NCBI GenBank assembly: GCA_001662655.1
Contig: KV460220.1
Direction: 5' to 3' (one strand)
DNA length: 64,000 nt
Source: Pseudogymnoascus verrucosus
Lineage: Eukaryota
The translations under genes were made by a program, and so were the position numbers. The notes beneath the pieces are model-generated. The model made no database searches. It had not been told where the DNA came from and saw nothing but the letters and a program-made list of their open reading frames with translations. Position 1 is the first letter of the stretch. Each line of letters begins with the position of its first letter. This document shows, in pieces, positions 23,246 through 34,595 of the stretch.

Positions 23246-25758
23246 CTTTGCAAGTTCAAGTGCGATATTCCGGCACCATTTGTAGTTTAACTGGCATATG
23301 TGCCATTTTACAACGCCTCAGCTCAAGCCAGCCCGCCTAGCTTCATATCTTACCGCAAGCCACATCGTCAGCTAGTATGGGGCGGCCGGGGGAATTTTGA
23401 GGCTTGCTGACGGGAGGCGTGGCAAACGGTACAGTTTAATGGCCGAACTGACGGCATCGGCCATGTAGCTTTTCGCTCGAGGTTCTCGCTCCTACTCGTG
23501 CTCTACTATACCTCACAAATGGTCAAAACTCGTAAATCAGAGAGCTACCCTGCTCCTACCACGCAACGCTGTTTTAAGAAAATGAAATTATATGGGTATT
23601 GACTCTAGCATTTTGAACGCCACGCGACAAAAGCAGCAAAACATATCCTTGCACGTTTAGCAAAGTACATGTGGACGTAGATATTATACAGTACTGTATT
23701 GATCCTTTCCAGGGCTGCAAGGCACAATACGATTACACCATGCATGCAGGCTATGGCATGGGCATGGCCTCATCCATGTCTCGATCGAGGCGCTGAAGAC
23801 TTGGCGCGGTCAAACACGGGGTGGATGATCTCCGACCCCTGTATCCATCTACAGTGTGCTATCTACAGTTATGGTAGTACGTACAGGGTACTAATTAGTA
23901 GCTAAACCCCATCCTTTGCCTAACACATATAACATTTGAACTAGTTGTGAGCTACAGGCAAGGCCGGACCAAGGGGACGTCGAGGACCAATGCCGTATCC
24001 ATGTGCAAACCGCCAGCAGATAACGAGATAGCCCACCATGTAAAGTGCCATCCCGTGCCTAACTAGCCTATCGCGATTCGCAAGCCCGTCCCGCTATTCC
24101 TTCCCGCTCCTTCCTGCCGCTACTGCATCCACAGAAGAATCTGGATGCAGAACTCTACAGCAAGCCTGTACTTGGCACTGCTCGTTATTTCACATGGTGG
24201 ATGCCACCCCGCCGCTCCCAGATTGGCAATGGCAAGGTTCAGGGGTCACGGAACGGGCCGGGGGTGATGAGATCGGCGCCAATTTTTACCTTTCCAAAGT
24301 GAATCTGAGGCTTATTTCTGGCTGCCCAGCAAGACCGATGGTTGGCTGTTGCTTTGATGAATAATGGAGAAATCCGAGAACGCCGTGGTGACGTGAGAAA
24401 ACGGTTAGATTAAAAATATATCCGCCTATGATATAGGGTAAGTTTAGGCTAACGGGGAATTCTAGAAGTTGGCGCGAAGTCGACAAAAAAGCAACTACGT
24501 ACCAACTTCTAGCACGGTTATGACGCTGCGGGGAACGACAATTGTCGAATGAAGAGGGACGGATAAGGCCTGGGGAGGGCAGTCTCAAACATAGCTTGCA
24601 TTGGCTTGGCCGCCGTGGGGGCGTCAAACCGAGGCAGCGACGACGCATGCTCAAAGATTCAGACGACGACGGCACTAAAAAGTAGTTGCTAAACGTAGCG
24701 TAGACGATCCCGGGCTAGCTGAGTCCTTGAATTTAAGAGGTATAGGTTAGCTTGAAGAATATAGCGGTGGTTAATATGGGCTCATACTGTAACCCTAGGC
24801 CACACAGTACATAGAGGAAAGCTTTGGTGGAGTATACGACTATACGGCAGAGTGGGCCCCGCGGAATTCCGTGCGAGACAGAAGAAGTGTAATTCATAGT
24901 GGAGAACGCCAGTGCGAGAAGTGGTTTATGAGTCAAATCCACTTAACGAGGCGCTGCCAGGGCTTGCACGCGCCTTGGAGCCCTCGGCCCACCCACCCAC
25001 GAGATCCTATTTCCACCTCCTTGCTAGAAAGATCACTGCCACATCCGTTTAGGCGCTGGCGCTGGAGCAACTCTTCTAAAGTCCAGCTGCCAGCCAAGCC
25101 TTCCACCTGCTGTATCAAGACAATCGGACTCGGTTACGTATCAACCTACTCGCGTACGATACGTAACCGACATGGGGGCGGGTCGCCGAGCCACTCGAGG
25201 AGTTCCGCGGGGAACAGGCCTAGACATGAGGGCTTGGGATGCGTCTAGGTGGGCACCTCATGCTGGATCGGCGAAACGAAAGAACACCGAGGGCGCAGAT
25301 GCGGCAATCAACCCTATATTTTCCCTAAAAACCCAAATATCTCCTTTGGGAGCTCCACACATAGTGTCAAGTCTCACATCCTCGTGGAATATATTCCCTA
25401 CATCCACGTGCCTGTTTGATAGTCGGCGAGAGTGCGTTGTTGGATGTAGATCCGGGCTTGCAGAATGTATTAAATATAACGTAAGCTTGCATATTCATGT
25501 TATGAATTATTCAAAAATATATTCAAAAATATCATGTGATTATAGGAATATGACCGAACCTAATTATAGGAGACTTTTATATAGCGAATTCCTCAGTATG
25601 ACGAATAATGCAATATCCAAATTGATCTGGTATTCAATTTGCTGTAGTCGGCACGGTACCGAATCTACTTTAGATAGAGCTCATATTATTAAAGAAGGAG
25701 ATAAAGATACGCAAGGCATTAATCTATTAAGAGATTCAAAATCTGTAGATGCAGCTTT

Positions 25759-26828
25759 CTAGGAAGCCATCCGCTCAAAACGTTGCTGCAAGACCTTAAC
25801 CATATCTATTCCAACTTTGGTAGACTCATCCAGGCTCTCATTTGGCAACCCAAGCAGCTCATTCTGCGTCTTGGCAGAGAAGTCACTCGAATCCCCTGGG
25901 AAAAACGCCCTCGAGTACAGCAACTTGGCAAAACCAGCCATGTTACCACTCTTAACTTGCGCCAGGCCGTCCTCGTATCGCTTCTTAGAGTCCTCGTGAG
26001 TAACCGTCCAGTCGGCGTCAGTGGTGCCTGTCACGCGCTTGACGCTCTCAAACATGTCGTTTTGGCTTAGCACAAAGCTTTTAAGGTATACGCCCTTGTT
26101 GAGGAAGCTCGACAGAGTAAGACTCTTGTCGTTTTCGTCAGCGGGAAGCTCATTGAGGCTCAGAACCTTGGCCACGGCGCGCCCAACCTGCGACAAGGTC
26201 GACGTCGAGTTCTTGGTATTTCCATCGTCATAGATTGTCAGGGAACGCTTGTCAAAGTCGAATCCAAAGCGCGACTCACCGCCCCCCAGGCTGTAATCAT
26301 ACCAAAACCCACAGCACACGGTGATCCACTGCATACCAAGCTTCTCAATCTCGTCCCTGTTTGCCTTACCCACGGGACCTAGCATCGTCTCCTCGCCCAG
26401 TTTAATGTTGTCAATGTCGCCACCGTATCCGTTGGGCATGACGTACGGAACGCCAGCCTTAGCAGCTGCCTGGACAAGCTTACTGTGGGTGTCCCGGGGC
26501 GCTGTGGGGGCCACGGTGATGATGAAAAATTGCTGGTCCTTGAGAGCGGCGACAATGGTGGCCTCATCGTCGTAGTCAACTGTGGCGACGAGGACACCCT
26601 CGGGGAGTTTATTGCCGCTGTCTTCGCGGGAGAGGGCTGTGACTGTGTGTTTTCCGGTTTTAAGGAGGGCTGCAGTGATGTGCGCTCCAACGGTGCCTCC
26701 GGCCTAAGGTAGTTTGTTAGAATTGTTGTATATGTGGTGTTGCTGAGAAGATTACTTACCCCGACAATGGCGACTCTCTCAATAGTGTTTTTGAAGCCGC
26801 TAGGCTGGTTTTTGGCGTATGTAGACAT
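25759..26828 (-). CDS. NmrA/isoflavone-reductase-like oxidoreductase (CipA-like)
   Basis: Rossmann motif 'RVAIVG|AGGTVG' across intron 26704-26759; 'AAAKAGVPYVMPNGYG'; 'CGFWYDYSL'. Confidence 0.88.
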
Positions 26829-27223
26829 TATAGGTATTGTTAACAAGATGTGGATTAATGACTTCAGTTCATTAATTATTGATTGTGGTCCAAGTGACTG
26901 AGTGATGTAACTGTTTAAGCCGGTGTAGCTTGTGGGTGTTTAACTATTCCTCCTTGAAGCAGAAAATGCCGTATATTTATACATTTCAGACTCAGAGAGA
27001 CTTGATGGATATTATTCATGGTGTTGGTTGTAGAGAAGACCGCGCGTCTGGGCCGCAGCAGCCGCAACAGCCGCACACCGTTATCACCGCTAACACCGAC
27101 ACTGTCTCCTCTCCAACGTGAGCCCATAATGAGGTGGTACGTGATTAAGTCCGAAATAACCGGAACAGCCTTACAATATCAAGTCGTATAAGGTAATCTA
27201 TCGCGCGGACTATTCACTTACGA

Positions 27224-27259
27224 CCGACGGAGTTCGGGCTCGAGCATGAACTCCGTCGG
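27224..27259. promoter_or_regulatory. 36-bp near-perfect palindrome upstream of the NmrA-like gene (candidate Zn2Cys6 site)
   Basis: CCGACGGAGTTC-gg-GCTCGAGC-at-GAACTCCGTCGG: 12-bp perfect arms with CGG/CCG triplets. Confidence 0.45.
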
Positions 27260-27578
27260 CCATCCAGAACGGTCGGGCTGGGACCCAGATACAGAGCATA
27301 AACTGACTTATACTCATTCCGCATCGAAAGGCCGACACGTGGATGCAATGCACATTGTAGAAAACTCCATCATCATACTGGGCGTAGTTGTGTCTCTGGA
27401 TCTCTACTTCATAGAGCGTACTCTGTTCGACGCGCCTGAGAATTAAAACAAGAGACATGCTAGGCGCAAAATTTCGTTATAACATCCTAAAATGCTACAA
27501 CTACGTTTTGATCAGTTGCATGCTGCATCGCCGCTAAGAGGCGTCAGTCAATGTCCAATTAACTCTATACCGCCTTAT

Positions 27579-29348
27579 CTAGACGTTAGGACCGAGCATC
27601 GATAGATGTGGCTCGAAGAGGAACTGGTCCCAGTCCAACCCCCAGTCTACATTTAGCACAGCGGCGTTGGTATCGGATTCCTGCTGCACCTGCAAAGGTT
27701 CATAGCTCCCATCAACAGCTTCCAGCTGTGCAAGCTCCCTCCGCTTCTTTCCCATAGTGAGACTGAGTAGATGCCGTGCCATCGACAATGCCTCACGCGT
27801 CAGCCCCGTATCGGCGGCTTGGGCGAGATTCTCCAAGCCCTTGAATGCAGGGGCTATATGTACGGAGGCAGCAGGTGTGTCCATGGCTAACAAGACACAG
27901 GCATACTGAAAGGCGCTACCGATGACATTCCAAAACAGATGACCTTCACTAGCTAGCTGCTCAGCCGCCTGACCTGCGGCGTTACCGGCATCAATGACGA
28001 GCTTAACGATCTCGTCTGACACGCCCATCTTGAGCTGGTAAACGCGCCGATAGAAGCAGAAGGCTAGGTCCGCCTTGGTAACCACTAAGAACGGATGGAC
28101 AACTTGGAGTTTATCCAACGCCTTAAGTCGCTCGAACAGCTCCTCCCTCGGAGTTGCCACCTCGCAATCAAGCTGGAACGGCGAATCAGGCACTGGAATA
28201 ATCTGACCCAACTGCACGAACTGATCCGCCACAGACCCCGCCGTCGTTATAACCCCCCCACAACTCACAGCCCGAAACCTCACAGACGACCGATCAAACT
28301 CATAAGAAAGCAAATTATGCCCCGCCCACGAGATCCAAAAAATCCTCCTCAACCGATCCGCATCATGACCCACGACCGCCGCGCCAGCCACAGACGCCAT
28401 CTTCTTGATATTCTCCTCGTCGTGCAGCCCGACTGCTTCGCAGAGGTGCATCACGGTGCACGACGCGATCCAGGCGTTGTTGGGACGGGTTGTGGCGCGG
28501 AGGTAGAAGGTTCGCATGGCCCAGGCGATGATGTGGTCGATGCCTAGCACGCGCATGGAGGCGGGGTCGTCGAGGATGGCTTTGGCGTACTGCACTAGCT
28601 CTGGCTCTCGCGGGTGTCTGTTGGGGGATAGGAAGGACCCTAGAGCGGCGACGCCAGCGGCAATAGCGCCAAAGGCGATCGCGGGGCTGCCGGAGCCGTG
28701 GTAGTAATCCCGGCACCGCTGGGCGTAGATTCTCGCATCCATGTAGTCAGCGATAGGGGCCATTGCGGAGAAGAAAATATCCGAGAACAAGCCAAGTTCG
28801 TACTCCGAGATGAGACTACCCAGCAAGCCATGCGGATTAGAAGCCTCCTCGGGGCGAATGCCGAAGTTGTAGGCGAAGGAGCGCATCGTGGGAGGGCTGT
28901 TGGAGCCCAAAGCCACGCCCAGGACGTGCGGGAATGCTGTTGCCGCCGATGCCCCGGCGTATCGGGACTTATGCTCGTCAAATATTCCGACAGGCGTGGC
29001 GGTCGAGGCCGCGGACGCACCAGCGGGACTCATCGTCGACGAGCAGGCATCGGCTTCGTGGTGTCCTCGCCCTAGATGAGGCCGGCGGGCGGGACTCTGT
29101 GATGTGGGGGCGGCCCGGCCCGCCGTCATCCTGCTTCCGCCGCCGGGGCTGCCGCGCTTGGTTAGGGGCGAAGCATGGACGCCGACGCCTGTAGTGCCAC
29201 CAGTGGTGGTGTCGCCGGCGTACCTGCAGGTGTATTGGTAGGTTGTGCACATGCTGCAGGGATACTCGGAGTTGCATTTCCGCTTGCGCTCGTGGCAGGG
29301 GATGCATGCCTTCCTCGCGCGCTTGCGCTTGGTGATTGTTGTCGACAT
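27579..29348 (-). CDS. Zn(II)2Cys6 transcription factor (RDR1-like)
   Basis: ACIPCHERKRKCNSEYPCSMCTTYQYTCRY binuclear cluster; fungal TF region 'LRATTRPNNAWIASCTVMHLCEAVGLH'; intronless 589 aa. Confidence 0.93.
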   Translation of the reverse strand: MSTTITKRKRARKACIPCHERKRKCNSEYPCSMCTTYQYTCRYAGDTTTGGTTGVGVHASPLTKRGSPGGGSRMTAGRAAPTSQSPARRPHLGRGHHEADACSSTMSPAGASAASTATPVGIFDEHKSRYAGASAATAFPHVLGVALGSNSPPTMRSFAYNFGIRPEEASNPHGLLGSLISEYELGLFSDIFFSAMAPIADYMDARIYAQRCRDYYHGSGSPAIAFGAIAAGVAALGSFLSPNRHPREPELVQYAKAILDDPASMRVLGIDHIIAWAMRTFYLRATTRPNNAWIASCTVMHLCEAVGLHDEENIKKMASVAGAAVVGHDADRLRRIFWISWAGHNLLSYEFDRSSVRFRAVSCGGVITTAGSVADQFVQLGQIIPVPDSPFQLDCEVATPREELFERLKALDKLQVVHPFLVVTKADLAFCFYRRVYQLKMGVSDEIVKLVIDAGNAAGQAAEQLASEGHLFWNVIGSAFQYACVLLAMDTPAASVHIAPAFKGLENLAQAADTGLTREALSMARHLLSLTMGKKRRELAQLEAVDGSYEPLQVQQESDTNAAVLNVDWGLDWDQFLFEPHLSMLGPNV

Positions 29349-30337
29349 GAAGGCTGAGAGGGTATGAGCATAGTTGGACTAGAGCTGCTGTGGAAATGTA
29401 ATAGTAGGAGAGTGGCAGCCTGCTGCTTCTAGGTTACAGGGGTAACCTATACCCCCTGTAATCCGTATCCAAAAGACCGGACATAGATTACTAGTATTGA
29501 GATAAAAATTGAGGATAATGTACCTTTATTCTATTTAAATATTCATGGATAAGAAAATATTAAGTACGATGTTTATTCTTAAATATAGATGGGTGAGTAG
29601 TCAAGTTTATATAGGTGTAATTTTTAATCTTGAATATAGCGTAGTGTTCACATTTATATTTGAATCACCAACCCTATCATCCATCCCATTTCCACACGAA
29701 GTAACTCAATGAAACGGAGTATATGGTGTTATAGAGAAAGTGTACCATAATAAAATAGATGAACAGAAACCAGACATCCCAACAGTCAGACCTGCCATAC
29801 AGAAGGCTCAATATCGACAGTATATCTGTAAATATATATATTTTTAACCCAACAATCTACTCTTTTCATATATAATCTAACTCCCCTCCCCACCCAACCC
29901 CAAGAAACCATCCATTCCATCGCATACGACCCCCCTCCCCCAAAGACTCCCCGCCAAAAAACCAACCAAATCAAACCACACCCTCCACTTCACCCGCTCA
30001 AACCGCCATGAGAAGCGGGCAACACAAATTCAGAGCATAACACCGCCGGAGCAGATTCCCATATCTGCCCACCCTTGCAGTGTAGCCCTTTCTCCCCATA
30101 CCCACCCACCCAAGCCAAAAAATAAAAAACAAAGTTACAACCATTGCCTTCCAAAAAATCGTGGAAACAAAGTGCTCCAGATCAATCTCCGCCCTCGCCG
30201 GGCAGATCGAGCGTGCCATCCAGACCCTGGTCCAGAACAGCTGACGCATGGAATGGAGTACTGCAAATAACCTCCCAACTTTTATCCCCACACCCCCCCA
30301 AAAACGTATATCTCACACCCCAATCGGCATGCACCAC

Positions 30338-33294
30338 TCACCACCCCCTGTGACTCCCCCTCCGACTCCCACCACCCGAATCCCTCTCGCTCCCCGCCCC
30401 AGCCCCCTCACGGCCATCTTCGAGACTACGCCGCGACTGCTCCGAGTTCCTCCCGATCTCGCTCATATCGAAGAGCAGCGGGTACTCGTCATCATCAAAC
30501 GGCGGCCCAAGGGGGCGGGAGAAGCTATACCGATTCGTGCGCTCGTGCTCTCCGCTACCTGCGCGTCTGGTGTCTACCACGCCGCTGGACGATGATCCCG
30601 TCTGCGCCGACAGCGAGCTGCGATCTACCTTCGGTCGTCGCGTGGGGCGTTGTTGTGATCCCGGTGCCGAAGAGCGCGGGACAGGGGGCGAATCGCTATC
30701 AAGACATGATAGTTGTCCGTCCATAGCCGCGCTCCCGATACCCGGTGCGGGTTGAGAAGAGCGGTCGCGTGTCTCCTCCGGCACAGTTCCCGGGACCCGA
30801 CCGAAGCCGCGCAGATCGCTGAGGCTGGGGGGTTCGCGGTCATCGGCGCCAAGGCTGATGCTGCGGTGGAATGGGAGGTCGTTATCATCGTCATCGACGG
30901 CGAGGGTGCGTTGCTCCTGGGCTACCGAGCTGGAGCGACGACTAGCATACTGGCGTGGCCTGGGCGAGAGAGGGATGTCGATCGCAGTGGTACCAGGGCC
31001 ATTATCGTCCTCGTCGCCGGAAACATCGTCGATGCGATCTTCTTCCGCTGTGCTGCGCGTGCGTTCACGACGAGGTTGTGAGTACTCAGCAATGGAGTTG
31101 GCGCTTAAGCGCGAGGGAATCGCAGGTGTATGCGGGGTGTGTGGCGAAATTGGTTTGCCAGGCGACGATGACGTCGAGATGGACGTTGCTGCAACCATCG
31201 GCGGGACGCTTGATAGTTGTCGGCTAGACGAGGATGACGAGCGGTGCAGGAGCATCGACGAGGTCAAAGATTCCGTGAGGATGTTGTGAGACTCTCTCAT
31301 AGATTGGAACCTCGTTAACTGTGACGCCGTTCGCCGAGTGGCAGCTTCATTGCCTCTTTGTTGGAAGCTCGGTAAATTTTTATTGCTTTCAAGGACGTTG
31401 AGAAAATCCGAGATGTTATCGTCATCAGTCTGCAACGATCCTGAACTGCCAGCAGTGGCCTCTGCGAGTATTCCCGATCCAGGTTGTGCCGATGACGAGA
31501 GGCTCTGCTTGCCACTGCTCCCTTGGTCATCCTCTGCCCTGCTGGTCCCGCCGTACGATAGCCTGCCGCGACGATGGCTAAAGCTACTGCTATATCGGTT
31601 AATAGTCACCGTCTTTGGTGAGCTCGATGGCGAGATAGTGTTATCTTGTTGAATCGGTATGCCACGCAAAGACGCTGGCATTCCCGCTGTCAGAGACGAT
31701 CTATTCCGCGCCTGTGATAATGCGCTCATACCAACAGAGCGAGGCACAGACTGTGAAGACCCAGGGGGCAGCATCTCTCCTTGTTGTGGCGCAGACGTGC
31801 CAGGTAAAGGAGACCCAGACAGCGAACCAGCTTTGAACGGATTAAATGACACAGATGGTCTCCTCGCAGCAGCAATACTCTCATTTGCCCTTGATGTCGG
31901 CCTCGAAGGCTGAGCATATTTCGCATAGGATGACCCAGCAGGTGGCGAGTTAGTCTCCGACCCCATATTCCTAGCAGCCCGCAATGCAGAGATCGGACTT
32001 GCAGCAAGCGTTGGCCCTTCGCCGTGAAAAGTAGACAAACTTCCGTACGTCTGCGTCGGCTCCACTTCCACAGAAAACCGTCGATTGACAGGTAATGAAC
32101 CAACCTCTGTCACCCTTGTATCTCTCCTGCGATCTTCCCGTCTTGATGCTAATGTTGGCTGAAAGAAATCCTCAGCACCCATAAACCTTTCACTGAGTAA
32201 AGCTTCGGAATCTGCAGCACGGAAGTTACAATCGTTGCGATAACAGACCTCAGCAGAGAACGGTCCCGCGGGGCTCTCTGTCTCGCCTAGGTTGAATCGT
32301 GTCGTCGTTTCGCCATCCCCTTGGAATAGAGGGATGGTGAGTGGGTCATGGTGAGCTGGAACAAATGATTCACCGTTGATAATCCGGCAATTGATTCTCA
32401 GCCCGCCTCTTGATGTTGGAGCCTTGCCGATGGCCTTCACAAACTTCGACACAGGAGTGAAGCGGGCAGTTGCATACAGGGTGCGAAAGAAGACTATCGC
32501 CTTCTTGTATATCGTCGGCAGTATGGCTCCATAATCGTATGTTTCGTCCGTTGAGCCTTCCTTCAGCTCTATCTTCCAACGTTCCAGTATAACTTCTGTA
32601 TGTCGTTTTCTGTGGCGTGAGTCACCGTGTTTCGAGTCCTGAGCCTCATTGAGCGCTTCCGCGACATCCCAATGCTTGCCGTTGTCATCCACAATGACCA
32701 GGCTTTGTTTGTTTGATAGATCAGAGGTATCAATATATGTTTCAAGGATCAACGGCGGAGGCCGATTCTCAAACCCCCCACACGTTTTCCATAGTCGTAA
32801 GTCTTCGCGAAATGCATCTGTATCATCCGTCTCTAATTGGAACTGCAGGCAAGTCAGACTCAAACATCGAACCTCACACCGCCAACTCTTCTCCGTGTGA
32901 ACTTGCCCATTTATTAACCTTCGTCGTCTGATCCTTTGTTCGAATAGTCGGAAACGACATCCTCGACTGTAGTATCACAGTCGCCGCTTTGGTATGGAAG
33001 TTCTATCACTCATCAGCAACCACTCACACACGCCAGACCCCCCCTCAACAGCAAACTCACCTGCACAATCTGATCCAGCTTCCTCCTCGCCTCCGCACTC
33101 GGCCCCGAGGAAGCCACGACATTCTCCCCACGAATCCCAGCGGACTCATTCTCGCTATACTGCGGCGCATCAGATCCGAACCGGCTATGACCACTCTGCC
33201 CTCCTTCCCTTGGATTATTCGTGCGATAAGGGTTTGTCGACGGCGACGACGCCGGAGAAGCCCCCTTCGGCGGGGGGCGGGGGTGTTGATGCAT
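30338..33294 (-). CDS. atg13: Autophagy protein Atg13 (HORMA domain plus Ser-rich disordered tail)
   Basis: 'KLDQIVQ|NFHTKAATVILQSR...VNKW|FQLETD...PPPLILETYID...EVILERW...LPTIYKKAIVFFRTLY'. Introns 33003-33060 and 32843-32906 (GC-AG). Confidence 0.9.
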
Positions 33295-34595
33295 TATAGG
33301 CTTCTATTCGGAGGGGCTGTTGCTGGGGGTGGTGGCGGCGATGGGGATTCCAGCTGCTGCTCAACCGCGCAGGTTCGATATGGTGTTCAGTTGTGATAGA
33401 GTCTCGCGATATGGTGGAGTTGCCCTAGAGCTTCCATTGTCACAGTGAGTGGCGCTCGCAGGAATATATCTCCTCTGCCGTTGAATCTCGCAAGGCGGCG
33501 GTAAGTTGGTGCTCTGGTGCTCTGGATCGTTCTAGGCGGTGGTTGTTGCTGTGGCTGGTGAGGTGAGAGACAGGGTATGCAGGGATGTGAGGCGGCCAGG
33601 GAAGGAGCTAGGCAGACAGCATGGGCTGCGGTCAAAGAGTCGGCGGAGGAGGGGAATGCGGATTCGTGAGTCGTCAGCGAGGTAGGTTGATCCTGCAGGT
33701 TGGGGTTGGTGCTCCTGCGTTGTACGTATATATGCCGTTGATGGTTGGGGATTTTCAAGGGGAGGGGAACGTGGCTTGGTGGTGGTTGATGATGGTTAGA
33801 TGGTCATGCCGTAACCTGCAAGGTAGCTCTCGTGATCCAAACGCTATCTCGCGCCTTCCCGGGTAGCTTTCGCGGCGGCTATGATAGGGAGATAGGGAGG
33901 GATATGGGGTGATTAAAACAATGGGAAGGATAGCTGGAGATGGCGAGGATAGGAGATATAGAGATCAACAAGGGATATTTTTCAATGCAATTATGGGCAA
34001 GTAAATACGGCAAAAGTGGTCTATGAATGGTGAAGGTTCATTTGTGGTGGGCGGACTGTTACTGTCTTGTCCCGCCCCAGTGTGACTCTTGAGGTTCAGA
34101 GCTGTACGGTGGACTATAGGGGGCGCAAGCGTCTGACTGTGCCTGTTATGGCCTTAGGCCACGACCCCCGGGGTCCACCACCAGCCACAACTGGCAAAGC
34201 CTGGCCACCCAACAACTAACAAGCCTCTACTGCAAAGTGTGTATCTACAGCACACCGTAGAGATTAGGCCTTCCCTTATCGTAAATAAGCCTAAGCCAAG
34301 AATAGCTAGACTTCGGCAGACACATGCCAGGCCACATTCTGTGTGGTTGGTGACAGCGATGTGAATGCCTGTACTCCAGGCAACACAAGGGCAGGGCAAA
34401 GGAGGGTGGATAAGGAGAATCTTGTACAACATGTAGTTGTAGCTGGTATGTATTACAATATATTACCCTGAAAACTTTATCTCTACATAGCGGCGGGATC
34501 TAGCCTTTCCTTCCCGTCAGGGGTACTCCGGGATGCCCCCAAATCAGCCCCCGTAAACGCCGTCGACGTGCCCTTTTTACCATAACGCCTTACGC

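Noticed and set aside
24286..25762. ORFs of 125-196 aa in the gene-free stretch; also a possible telomerase RNA
   Set aside because: Translations look non-coding. No full TAACCCTAA template was seen, only partial matches such as TAACCCTAG.
29998..30595. Short ORFs downstream of or overlapping the atg13 end
   Set aside because: Probably 3' UTR or antisense shadows; no domain evidence.
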